Shown in pieces: positions 25,730 to 39,300 of a DNA stretch of 64,000 nt. The stretch is from Phoronis australis (taxonomy: Eukaryota > Animalia > Phoronida). Numbering within the stretch: the stretch's first letter is position 1; every line of letters begins with the position of its first letter. The stretch is taken from positions 126,471 to 190,470 of the forward strand of contig NMRA01000445.1 of NCBI GenBank assembly GCA_002633005.1, in the 5' to 3' direction. A program made the position numbers and the translations under genes. The notes below the pieces were generated by a model. It had not been told where the DNA came from, did not search any database, and was given only the letters and a program-made list of their open reading frames with translations.

Positions 25730-26599
25730 TTTTAGTCATCTGGCGTTACTGATGATACAGACTGAAAGAAAGAGGAGCATGTTAAAATGTGCATTAACAG
25801 TTTGATAAACGCTCATCACAATCCTTACAGTATAGCTTTGCAGGGATGTGGATAAAAATGGCCAAATTAAATGTGGCAAAAATTAGTGTCATTAGACACT
25901 ACACTCCTCCTTGAGTAAACTTAATTGGTTACCGGTGTTGGAAAGAATGGCGTTCTCACCAACTTGTATTTTGCTCCTGAAGTTGTGGAGTGATCGTTAT
26001 GCGTCGGGTTTCGGCGCCATGAAATATACAGCATCAAATATTGGCCAGTTTCTTTTTTCGACGATTTTTCTATTTCCACGAGGTTAGCACAATCATAACA
26101 AACCTTCGGAACTGGTTTCATTTCGTTATAGGTTTTTAGTATTTTACTGAATACCAGCTAACCGATTTTCAGAACTAACTTCGGTGCTGCCATCATCTCG
26201 TGAGAGATGTTGCAAAAATAAGGAAATGGGCACATGCACCTGTTATGAGAATTATATGCAAATGATGTTTATTAGATTGTTTTTCACTTAACTCTTGACT
26301 TAACTAACTGCTGCAATGGACAAGGTCAGAGTTGCGGTTGATTCCCTCAATTTGCATGCACCCAGTCGTTAGCTTTACATGTTTCATAAATAAGTGACGA
26401 GCAGAAATAAACAGGCCGTGTCAAATTTCGGGGTCTAACGGACATTAACACACAGTGGAATATAGCTGTATTTTGACGATAGTCTTCAATCAATTCACAC
26501 AGCTAGCTCTGCCGCAATGCATATCGCCGAGCGTAAAGTTCAGTATACTGCAGTGAATCACTGTCGACCCAGTTAAATCCCTGAGGTAAGAATTGCAAC

Positions 26600-26808
26600 T
26601 GAACCATCAATATACCTCCCTGTGCAGCGGTTTATCAAATTTCCTGCAACAGTGTTCAAGGACAGCTATTTTTATGACCGCAAATTTCACTAATGCTGCA
26701 GACGAACTCCGGAAACGGAAGTTGGTTGTGATAGCGAGGCAAGGAGCCAAATTTATTTCCGGGTGGAGCAAAAGTTTGCGAACTTTTTCCTTGTTCAGTT
26801 CAGTTAGG
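26600..26808. promoter_or_regulatory. Probable bidirectional promoter shared by Lines (-) and OSTF1 (+)
   Basis: The two start codons are 1.08 kb apart and divergent. Clustered ETS/GABP-type sites CCGGAAACGGAAGT (26709-26722) and ATTTCCGG (26755-26762). Lines exon 1 has an acceptor at 25762-25763, implying an upstream UTR exon (candidate donor near 26614). Confidence 0.55.
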
Positions 26809-29800
26809 ATGTCGCGTCCGTTGAGAGCTGCGCCGCCTCCTCCACCATCTAAGCCAGGTTAGTTTGGAAAAGATGGATAACAATGGAATAGCACTATAAC
26901 TAGAGAAATAGACTGCTGAATTTGGAATGTTTTCTGAGTTGTTGCACAGTTGACAAGTCAGTGTCGCCTGTCGCTCTGCGGCGATGTAATTGCCTTTGGG
27001 CAGGCTATGGTTATGTCGGATCCACGCCACGGAATTGACAGTTTCAATTAACAATTTAACAAAAATCCGGAATCGAAACTGGTCTGTCTTGATCATTGTA
27101 GATCTGGAGACAATCAAGTGATGCCTAGCTGAAGCAGAATCCAGGAAATCAACTACTTGTTGTGTTTGTGAAGCCGGGCATTGGTCGGATATAGCAGTCC
27201 CTGATTTTGAAACTGGTTCTCAAAACCAGGGACTACTATATTTTTATTCATCTAGTGTCTTTGTGAAGGTCATAGGAATCGTAGTGCAGTGCCATATATC
27301 TAGCCGCAGACATACACAATACAGCCTTTGCAGGCGATTGGGTGTGGCTCGTAGTACTTACTCTGATACCTGAAGGCCTGAAGGGTCATTAGTCTCATTC
27401 CTGAGCAAAATGACATATTGTCAACAATTTTATTTACTGTTGAAGAGACATATTGGATAGAAATCTTAATTACCTAACATGTCAATGGCATGCAAAGGTG
27501 TCCTTCTATTCTCGAAAACTACTTACAGCAACGTGTCTAATAGATTAGCCACTGTATAGAGGGTCTAAAGTTATGGCCAAGTGGTCTAACAGGCAACGGA
27601 CTTGTAATAAAGCTGCTCAACCATTTGACTTTTGATTCATAAAAGTTTAAGTAAATACTCAACATTATGGAAACAGTTGCCTGTGAATAATAAATTGGAT
27701 AAAAATACACTGAGAAACCTGCATAGTACTGTATCGATGACCTTGAATGTGACCAGACAAATTTTAACACATAGGCTATCAGGTAATAAGGCTAAATTTT
27801 AAGAACAAAGGATCAAAGAACATGAAAAAGGCAAAGTTATTTGCCAAGTAAGTCTTGACTTGGTTTTCAGTATATTTTTACTCAAAAGTTATCGCCAGTT
27901 CTTTGCGATAATTATTTGTTGACAATTTGCTCATGCACAAAGAAAGTGGGAACAACCAGACCATGAGATGAGTGGCGTATTGGGAGAGGGTCAACATGGG
28001 TGGCATGACTTTTGACGGTATTCAGAATGGTCAGGTAGTATGTATCTGAATATCGTACCTGTATCAGCTGCTAAACGCCTGACCAGTTTGTAACATGGTC
28101 AGTTGTAAATAAGGCAACTTATTGATTGAGTTCTGAGATTAGACCCTGGGTGATTGTGATCACAATTGATAACCATTCTTCTACCGGTCGTGATAGCTCT
28201 CTTCATGGACAGTTCATGGTAATTATCATGAAAGTCTTTTTTTGGACTGAGCACTTGCGTCAATGTTTAAGTCCGACGTTATAGATCTCATGATGTGTGT
28301 AACAGCTCGATAGCTACATTATAATATGATGTTCAAAATCGATAACGTACCGACCACCGCAATGGTCTCTAGCCTCCTGAGAAAGACTAGGTCTCACTCA
28401 CGTAGTTGTTCCGCTTTTAAACATGGTCCCCAGAGACTGCATGCTCACATGGCTCTGTTGAAATGTAATGATTCTTTCCACTGTATACTGAGTGGGTACT
28501 GTAGTGGCAGCACAGTGTAACACATAAGTTGGTCATGCATTCATCTACTAGTAACTGATGTTTGTCCATTCAAGTTTGCAACAACTTGACTTGTGGTCCA
28601 AAGCCTAGGTTTCTTTGAACAAGCAGGACCAAGGCTAAACAATTTGAGAAATCACACAAAATGATAGTCAAAGCTCAGACCAATGCAAAAGCGTACCAGC
28701 CACAGACTCAAAAATAGACATCCTAGTCTTTTGATGTCACTGACAACTTCCAGTTGATGATCCGTGTCTATGGCAGTTGTGGCAATTGTCACTCCAATCC
28801 AGGAATGTCGACACGTTGTTCGACAGCGTACTAAGAGGTTAATCAAAATGATCTAAATGTACTTTTGACTAAGAAATTTGTTAAGTTTGCGGATCTCCCT
28901 AATCTCAGTCTTTCACTTGAAAGTAAATCACTTTTAGGAAGAAATTCTGTTTCCACAGTCTGCTTTAGTGTGAACAAAGCTGTTTCCGTTTTTCCTTATA
29001 ATGTCTCACTTTGTTTTTCAGGTCATGTAAAGGTGGTAAGAGCCATGTATCGCTATGATGCCCAGCAGGTATGTACTTGTGTTGACAAATATAATTATGA
29101 CAGGTATGTCTTTCATTGTGGTAAAATATAATGAATAATTATGAAGATAACGTACTGTACTCATTCAGGTTAATACCCACTGACAAAATGTCCAAAAAAT
29201 TTTCACTTTTAAACGCCCGTGCTTGTCTTACTTCTCACCCCGAGTTTTTACAATGGCGGCTTCCTTGAAAGGGATTGTGTCACGTGAAAGTTTGTCTTTC
29301 ACGAATTTCTCGTCCAAACTGTATGAAACTCACCTGTGTTGGAATGACTAAGAGCGGCATGTTGCCTTAATTGAGCGGGAAACGTACCTATATACTCTCC
29401 TGGTACACCCCAATATTGATTGATATATGAATACATATCAGGCTGATAATAAATGATCTGTTAGATATCAATCTGATCATTCTCCGTAGCATCCTCAGTC
29501 ATGAAAAACATCTTTTGATAAGTTTATGATTACTCAGTGATAAGCAATCATATATTATCAATTTCTATGATAAACCTTGCATTATAAATTCCTTGAACCG
29601 TTTTATAAATCATTTGTACCGTGTTTACTGCTGTGAATTGTAGAAATGGTTCACATGAGTTCACAGGGTTCAATGCTTAATGTAATATGGGCTAGCCATG
29701 TGCAACCCAGCAAAATTGCCAGATCACCAAATGCGAAACGAGGAAGCCTGTATGCGGTGGTGGGAATGTCCTGTCATTCTCAAACAACGCTTAGCCACTG

Positions 29801-32800
29801 AGATTCGCAAAGGGGAAGAAGGATATCGAAATTGAATAGGCGGGGGATCTGAAACTACACCACAGAACTCCATGGTGATGGCTTTCTTATTTTTTAGTCC
29901 AACAGAAAATAGCAACAATGACAACCCACTTCGAACTCGGCTCTCACCCAAGGGAGAAGTTAATAATCAAAATAGTTTTGTTTGCGCATGCGGCACTGTT
30001 ACAAGTTTCTAAAATATTATTCAGTTTGTTTTATACAACTTTAGAGTTTTTTCCTCAAAATCATAGTAGTCTTATTTTTTGATAGCCCATCACTCAAAAG
30101 TGGAAAATTTACAAACAATTCTTGGTGGCATTTTGGAAAACATAGAGCAAAGTATCTAAATTTTTCATTCGAATCCCATCAGCCATTTCTGAGATCAAGT
30201 TAACCAAATTTAGAATTTTTCTAGTATCCAGCATAAGCGATGTATCAATTGTATACTTTGAATTGATCACTGTTATGTCATTTTGATAAAAAACAATATT
30301 TCCTATTACTTTGTCAGTCGGATGAGCTGTCATTTGATGAGGGAGACAACCTCTACATCATAGAAATGTGCAATGCCAGCTGGTGGCGTGCAAGGTGTGG
30401 CAACAAGGAAGGACTCGTACCCAGTAACTATGGTAATTATCGCCGTGTTCATAATGTAAAGTTTTTTGCAACAGTAGTGATTCAGTATATCTCAGCCATT
30501 ATGGATAGGATGCCAACTTCCATTTTCAGGCAGATGCTACGTAATCGATACCCCTAGTGGCCATTTTGATTTTTCTGTCTGGGTTTTGTTGTCTGCCTCT
30601 CTAATTTTCTAAATGGCTGAAAAGCTCATTAACTTTACGAAATTGCAAAGGTATGTTCCTATTGAGATGAGAATGGCAGACAATGATTTTTGGACAGGTT
30701 TAACAACTGTAGCGTTCATTAATGGCAAGTTCATTCCCCATCACAATGGCTGAACACAAGTAGAATTCCTTATCATGATGGCTGGGTGCTGGCATAATTC
30801 ACCAGCAGAAAAGCTAGAATGAGGAGTCATCACCGGTCATGACAATGGTTACTTTTGGCGTGTTCTGAATGTACAAGATTTGAAAATCTCAGGTATTTGT
30901 CACTAACAATACTATAATTACGTAATTTTACAATTATTTCACACAAAAATGATCGCCACAATTGTCATTTTTCTTTTTTCATTAAGCTAATTACTTTTAC
31001 TGAAAATAATGGAAAATTTCATTTGTGGTATCTACAAAGTACAAACTGTTTGTGGAGAAAGCAAAATGTCACTTGTTGGCCATCTTGTGTGCGTACGTAA
31101 TAAGTGACAAATTTCTACACTGCTTGTAACCTATTACTTTCGCATTGAAATTTTGATGTTTTTGTGTTTCATATGGCAGTTGAGGAAAGCACAGAGTCAA
31201 TAGACAATCCACTTCATGAGGCAGCGAAAAGGGGCAACGAGACATTCATGAGTGAATGTATTACTAATAATGTGAGTCTTCTGGTATAATGGTTATGGAG
31301 GACCTTATTGGCAAGTCTAGGTATTCAACAATCATTTACAAAATTTTGAAAATTTGTTAGGTAAAAGTGTAATACTGAAAGAAGAAAGTCTGTATACTTT
31401 TGTTCTTAACTTTGTACCAACTAATTGGGTTACGCGACGAATTCTTTTTAGTAAAATTAGCAAAAAAGATAGGTACATTCATATCAAAACGATGGTATCA
31501 GTAATGTGATCAAATGTCATTTGATATAAGTATTCAAGATGAAATGAATGTCTCAAAAAGGTTTGTAATATATCATTTTGATTTTGTTTTATGCTTTGTA
31601 ACTTTGTTTGCTTTTTTCATAAAAATCATAAAAAGTTTATGTTTTGGCAGCTCCTTGTACAAAAGTGATATAGTTCAAAAAAACATTTTAGAGAACAATG
31701 CATGAAGCCCGTTATGCAATAGTTTCATGTGAACCTGAGCTGTCACTTCTGTGGTACAACACTCTGAAGTTAGGCAAATTTGGACATTTTGTTGGGTCCG
31801 ACATATTACCTTAAATTTCTGAAAATATTTCCAACTATCAGTTTTGCAAAAGTTTCAGTATCCATATCTTCACCAGCCTTACATTATAGAAGAACATCTG
31901 AAAACTAATATTACTGTCACATAAAATGGATAGTCATGACATGACCTTATTTTAAATGAGCACAGTGTTGTGAAACTGAAATTGTAACAGATTTAACAAA
32001 AAAGTAATTACTATGTCACGTAAAATAAAGTTATCTTTTTGATACTGTAGTCATGCTTCTCAATATTGAAATTCAGACAAGCACTTAGAACCTGATGTTG
32101 CTGGTTTTGTACCAAGTACTTATCACAGTAGTAGGAAGTGGGTCTAAGTATTCTCTAATTATTCTCCGACTCAGCCAGATTCTAAGTCTCCCAGTATTGT
32201 TCACCTTAAAGATGTATTTGCATGCTTCTAACTATGGTAATGTATAGCAGGAACGACAATGCTATTTGAACAACATCTATGCCAAACAAAGTGCAGTTGT
32301 ATTCATTGACAACTTGTAAACTAAATGTGGAAAGAAAAAAATTCAGCAAATAGGTGACCTTTGCCCTTATGACGTACCTTTGGGGCTCATATAGCCTGCA
32401 TCCTGCAGTGTTATTCCTCAACACCACGTCACAATACTTACTGGACACGGTTGATTGATTTACGGCAGATCATTTTAGACACAAAACTCGTTCTTAAAAA
32501 CATTTGGCAATTTTCAACCTACTTCATATTCACATTGTCCTTATATGTCGTGTTTCTAACTAATTCGACCAAGCAATCACAGAGATAAGAAATTAGCATG
32601 CAGATTTCACTTTAATCCTATTTGCCTTGCGACTACTGTCAGGAGCTAGCTCTTGCTTCTATGGCAATAAGTTTTGTATAATAAGCGTTGTATCACGGAG
32701 CTTTATAGTTGAAGCAGGTGGTGACTTTGCTTACCTCAAAGACACATTTTTCCTCAGTCTGCCTTTGGTTAAGGAGAACTGTATCGACTGAAGTAGAGGA

Positions 32801-35800
32801 AAACTTACTAGGCAGTGTGTGCTTGCCAATTAATTGCAATAAGAACTGATAGTTATAATAACTGTTATAGTTATAACCACTGTGCTTCTAGTGATAACAT
32901 AAATCCTAACTTTCAATGGTAAAAGCGTCCTGTAAATTTGGTTCCCACAGTATGTTAAGATCATCCATCTGAGTCCACTAGTGCCATAAACTGCCAAATG
33001 TAACAAACTGTGAGGTGTATTGGCTTGCTTTTGTCTATGTCACCACGAGAATCACCTTTTAATTCAAACAGCTGCGAATAACACCCACATGCAATAGTGT
33101 TCTATTCACAGCCCTGTTCAATAAAACTATTTTCAGCCTTATGTTTGTGCAGTGACACAATATGGCACGAAAAGGCAACTTCACCTATTATTTGATGGGC
33201 CTACATTTGAGTGATTTGACATGCGTTTTCTTAGTTTGCTAAGGCTTTCCAAGGACTATGTGGTTAGCCCAATAGACCCAAATTAACAAAATTCCATTGA
33301 AGTTAGGCTTTTACAAAATAAACTGCAATTCATTATGCATACGAGTTCTTAATCCTTTAGAGGTCTCTGAAAAACATCAGGTAAATCCCACTATCATACT
33401 CTGTTCTTATGTTAAAGTTTGGGTTAAGTTTACATTTTGCATCTTGAATTTTTCAAAAATTTTCTTGGAAGTGGAATTTTTTACTTTTGACAACATACAT
33501 CACAGTCATGTCACTTTAACAGAAAACAAAAAAATAAAGCAGTACAGGTTTATCTCCTAAGAAGCAGCATGGCCTTGTATTCAAATGAAAGCTTCTGGCC
33601 TTATATGAAATTTACCTAGGTGACTAATGATTTACACGATTTAATTTCTTGTCTTCCAGGTGTCTGTGAATGGTTTAGACAAAGCTGGGTCCACACCGCT
33701 CCATTGGGCGGCTCATGGAGGCCATATTGCTTGCATCAAAATGTTACTAGGTGTTCCCAATGTGACAGTTAATGTACAGGTAAGGCTGCTGTCTTATATA
33801 TTGCTTTCGACTAAGTGCGAAATTTCGTCGGTGAGTTTACTCCCATTGACCAAGTGTATGGGTCAGTGGGTCAATTATGTCATGGTGTGGGCAATTTTGT
33901 GTAAAAGTACTAAATTACGGGCTGGTCAGAGGAAAGCGATTTGAGTTTATTATTGTGTGTTAGTTTGGATAGTGAGCCTCTAAGCTCATTTCTGTGGAAA
34001 GCAATCACTTTTTCTCAAACACAAATGCTGATGGCTAGACTGTTTATGCAATAGTTTCCGTTTTTTGGTTGGGTGATTTCAAACGCCAGTTGCTTATTAT
34101 TTTGTACAGGTAACTGTTGACGCCTAAAACTGCGATAAGTGCAAGCGAGTCTTCCCCGCAATATTTTAAACACTACTCATGAAATATCCTTTCGGTTGGG
34201 TCGAACTCACCGAGGTAACCGTGTGCAGTAAGGTAATGTTTTGCTGGTATTGACCTGTCAGAATATTTGCAGTATGCATTTTATTGCAGAACAAAATGGG
34301 GGACACGCCACTTCACTCTGCTGCATGGAAGGGTCATCCGGAGGCTGTAAGGATGATACTGGCTAAAGGTGAGTGTAAGGTCCACTTTTACCTGTATTCT
34401 GCACTGTAGGTGGGACATGTGGTGCAAAGCAAAAATTGGGAAAGTTCGTGAAAATTGGAAAACAAAATTTGAAAGAGAGCCACGGTTGATTTGAACATTT
34501 TTGAAAATAATGTCCTCTAATCCTGGCATTATGGACAGTTCTGTGTTGTGTGCCTCACAATTTAAATAGTGAGAGACACTTTTTTGGGTTGAGCAGTGTT
34601 GGGTTGGCCAGCTCGATTCACCACCTGGTGTGCCCTCTATTGGTGAAAGTTAAAACAGTGACAATACTTTTGCTCCTAAAGTTAAGGTAATTCTTCACTA
34701 ATTTCACACAAAAATAATTGCTTATAAGTTGTCATTTTTCCCATTTTTCAAAGACTGGTTTCCTTCCTGTAAAACCAAATATCATTTTATGGCATCAGAT
34801 CTACACATTTCGATACAATCTAAAATTAGACTAGAATTTCCTGACTTTTTGTGCCAATGGAAAAGTTTGTCAAAATTTAATTTCGCTGTCCGTCATATTT
34901 AGAATTAAATATATGAAGAATTGCCTTATCTCTCTCTATTTAGACATTCTCTAATCGCTGTTAGAAATTTTCTTTGTTCTCCGCAGTTGGCGAGATGCTG
35001 CATTTTCAGCTACATGCAATGTTGTACAACTCACATTTACTTCCAAATGACACAATAACACATAATACAGCATACATTTGTCATTTTTAAGAATTCTAAT
35101 TTAAAACCATTTCTATTGATGATTGCGTTTTCCTCTTTAAAATTTGACTATGGTGTGGTATTTCAACCGAATTTTTGTGGAATCTTTCTGTCAACAGGTG
35201 GCAGGACAGATATCAGAAACAAGGAAAACAAACTTCCGTCAGATCTAGCCAAAGACCCGGAAACAGCTGCAATACTGAAGCAAGCAAGTAAGTCTGAGGA
35301 TTAGGTGCCTGGTATCAATAGTCTTAAGTTCAATCTTAGCTAAGATCTGTTAATCTTTGATTTTAACTCGATGCCAGTTCCAACGTTGCTGCTCTTCTTA
35401 ATGTAACAGCCTGTTTGCGTATAAGCTGTAACTGGACTTGCGCAGTCTGGTCCCAAACTTCAAGCAATAAGCTTGTGAGATTTTCCGTGGGAAGCTAAAG
35501 GATCATGAATTGAGGGGTTGGGTCCGGCAATGGACAAGGGTCAATTTTTGTTTCTCTGTGGCACCAATACTGAGGTGGTTGGGTCAGGGCTTCAAACCCC
35601 CTGTCCCAGCCCCTCTAGATTGACGCCTCTTTTAACTTTATCAAAGTTCATACCCACTGCTGTACAAGGATAAACATTTTTATGTGAAATTAATAGGATA
35701 CCAAACCCGGTTTTGGCCTTTTAACAGATAATAAAAGCGACTTTCCCATCGAGTTATCTAAAACAAAATAATGTTCCGTAACCATTGAGAACCCTAAAGG

Positions 35801-36096
35801 TTGAAGTAGAATTTGAAAATTCCTTACGAAATCTGCTAACAGGCAAGCGTGGCCTAGGCCTTAGGCAAGGTTAACGACAACTTTAGGGAAGGACCACCCA
35901 CCAAGAACACAGAGAGTATTGTGTATTAGTTGAATCCTGTTTTTATCAATCAAATGAGATGCCAATGATACATTAGCTGGTGACATAATGACAATTGGTT
36001 GAAGTTACCAAAATGAGCTTAGTGTGTTGTGTTCTATTTACAGCTTCCACACAGATAAATTCTGAAGATTATGGTGATGAAGAGGACTCGGACTGA
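26809..36096 (+). CDS. OSTF1: Osteoclast-stimulating factor 1 (Pro-rich, SH3, ankyrin repeats, acidic tail), 214 aa
   Basis: Exons 26809-26857, 29022-29068, 30318-30432, 31180-31271, 33660-33779, 34290-34368, 35198-35287 and 36044-36096 total 645 nt in frame. [86 protein letters not shown] and the end [10 protein letters not shown] are characteristic of OSTF1. Confidence 0.96.
27189..27241. repeat. ~53-bp near-perfect palindrome (hairpin / micro-MITE) in OSTF1 intron 1
   Basis: ATATAGCAGTCCCTGATTTTGAAA-ctggt-TCTCAAAACCAGGGACTACTATAT. Confidence 0.7.
32903..33309 (+). mobile_element. ~400-bp MITE, copy 1 (family shared with 60562-60997)
   Basis: Colinear similarity with 60562-60997. Termini A(G/T)CCTAACT(T)TCAATGG ... 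CCATTGAAGTTAGGCT. Confidence 0.8.
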
Positions 36097-39000
36097 TTGG
36101 CAATTACTGAGCGGTGATGTAAAGGATGTTATACTTATTGAAACTGTTATACTCTCATACCTTTCATATTTTATATATGTTATTGCATGTAGACTGTTGC
36201 TGTTTTAAAGGTGTGTGTGAATCACAGCGTTTTATTTAGGATAATGAAACTGGAACTTAATGACCCGTTTCATTGTTGCTTACGGAGATGTCTGTGAATG
36301 TTTCTGCCGTTGCAAAATCTCGGGTCGATTCGCAAGCTTTCTTCAATTGAAAGGCATGTTGGGTAACCTTTTGTCGCCATGGAAACACTAATTTGGGTGG
36401 TTTAGACAATGCTGAATGTGTCTTGCAAATAGTTTGCCGTTGAAACAAATTTTAGCCAGTTTGTATCAAGTAGCGTAAAATTTATCGTGGCTTGTACTGA
36501 ATTATTTTTACAGTCTCGTGCAGCGCCATGTTTAAAAATCGTGGCTTTAGCTAACTTTTTTAGATGGTGCTCTTTGTTTTGCTTTTTTGATTTGGGAATT
36601 AGTGTAAAGTTCCTAATTAATGTAAAGTTCCTAATTACACAATCGTAACATCATCATGGTAACAGCATCATGTACCTCATGGAGATCATATCAATTGCTG
36701 TCGCGGGAAAACTCACGGACGCTAGCTCAATTCATTTCAGTTTGCAGTTTTGGCTTCATCTACTTAGGTCTGCATGGGTCTTTAACTTTAATAAGTCTTG
36801 ATGGAGCGTAATAAATATTCTTTGTTTGCCAGTGATGCTCAACGGTCAAAAATTGTAAATTTTGAAAAACTTACTATGTTGTTCAAAACTTTTCTGCGAC
36901 TTCATGACAGCTGTAGTTTCACAAACCTACATGTACATCGCAAGCTGGAGAAATTTTCTGCAGTGTCTAGGGAAGAAAACCAATTCCTTGGCAGTGCCTG
37001 TAAATTCTAGCTAAAAGTCTCTAAACCTTGGTCTTGGACCAGCAGGCGCCAAACCTACTGTGTAAATCTCAAGACTTGCCTTAAACTCCGCTTACACGCC
37101 AAAAAATGGTCCGTACCCGCTGATCAAAATCCAGTCCCAGGGACCAGATTCCTCACCGGGACTTAAATCTGGGACTGTTGTTTAGAGGATGGAAGCTAGA
37201 GTTTAAAAGCACAGCCTTGGGAATTGTTTACTCCTTTGAATGTGGAATTTTGCCTTCCTGCCATTTTGTGTACTTTAGTCACTAGGCATGACCATTGCGC
37301 TTTTCATTGGTCGCACTTTTGATTGTCGTTTGATGAGTGTGTCTGAGGTGATGTACTTGGAAATTGTTATTTTGTTAACTCTATTTAATTCATATCCTTA
37401 GGTTTAAGTGATGTCCCATTTTGTAAATATATGATTAATACTTATGGCCAGTTAATTATATTTAGTGTTTGGTCAATTACATGTGGACCCCAGGCCATCC
37501 TTTTGCACAAATTCAAAGTTGTATAAACAATGTGAAGAGGCAATGAACCTATTATGAATCATCTCTTAATCAGCCGCTTTTTATCAATGACTGGTCATGT
37601 ATCAGAGTGCTTTGCTTTGCCACAATTTTATGAATCAGGTTTATAGAGCTTCTCTTATCCATTAACATCCCGAGATAGATATGTTATAGATACTCAGTTA
37701 CGCAATGAGGTAAATTTGCATAATTGTGCAACAACTTTGGTTGCTGTTTACATTTATGACTGGATAGATGTATCCCACTTTGTGTATATTGCGTCTCTTT
37801 ATTCTTAAAGCCACACAAAGTGTCAATTTGCCTACTTTGAAGTACGTGTAGTAAGCATAAATTGTCTGTTTGAAACCCTGGCAAAGCAATGCGTACTCAC
37901 TAAACACATAGAGACAACTTAGGTCTAATGAGACACACTTTTACTTTTCCATCAATTTCTGGAATTTTCAGAGATTTAAAAATCAGTTTGCTTAAAGTTT
38001 TGTTTTTGTCTCGTGTCCCACTTTTTTCAGTTTCCTACCTGTCATTCCGATATCATGGATAATAAATGTTTATTACTTACTAACCATTCCTTCTTTATTC
38101 CTCTTAATGTTCTCTCTCATTTATAATACAGCATGAAATTTGTACTGTACTTTCCGTAAAGTGGTGAAACTAAAACATCTTGTTTTTAGTTACTTAGTTA
38201 TGGAGGGTGTTGAAAGAAAAGGATAAGAAGTTAGAATGCATTTACAATGTGTTCCAAAATTATATGAAAACTGTGTCGAACCCTTTGTCTAATCCCATGC
38301 ATACTCACCCCATACCACGCCCCCATGTCATCAGGTAATAGCTACAGATTTCTTTCATGCCTCTCATGCAGACTTGGTTGTCCAGCCAGTGCGAGGTGCT
38401 ATTAAATGCGATCTTCACCAATTATGCTAATTTGGGTGGCCTATTTTTGTGTGGTTGTACTTTTCACTTTCATTGCAGAATCGATACTGCATTACGGATT
38501 ACTGAATATTCTACATACAACTCTCTAGGATTCTGAGAGCATGAAAGTAGCTGTTGCTTGACCTCATTTCTAATTCTGGTGTGCAAGACGGACAGAGTTG
38601 ATAGTACAAAATGGAATTCCTTTTATTCACGGACATTTTGAGAAGATAGTCGTTCTTATGTGTATTCCTTGAACAACTTAGCCTACAAGTGGTAAATTGA
38701 CGCGATGGTCAAAAAGAAGGTTAAAAATGTTAGGAAATTCCACTTTTACTGAATCTCCATTCAATACTTGTGAATGCTGTCCATCAACTATTCGCGACAC
38801 GTTCGAGCAACAAGACACATTTAATTTGTTGTCGCCAAATCAGAAAATGGCTTCTAAAGCATTATGAACAAACATGAAGCATGTCGAAAAAATACACCAA
38901 GTTCAAAATAGAAACCATTTATTGTACATCATATTGTACACAATAATTTGATGAGCAATACAAAACGATACCTAATCGATGCTCTACCAGTATATAGTTT

Positions 39001-39300
39001 GCAATGAGAATGCATTATGGCTTGAAGTCTGTATATGAAATGAATTCTTTCAATCTCGAGTATTTTTATTATACATAACAAGGATATTAGTGTATTTATG
39101 TAGCAACATAAATCACTGGAAAAAATTGAGACCTTGGTGTAAGCAAAATCAAAAATCATATCACAGCTGAAAAATGCTGGGCAAAAATCTGGTATCTCAA
39201 AAATAAGTTGTCACTAATACTTTATAGATAGACTACTGAAATAAATATAAAATACACCAGTCCTCATCTGGCTATACAAGGTTGATCTACGCTCAACTGT

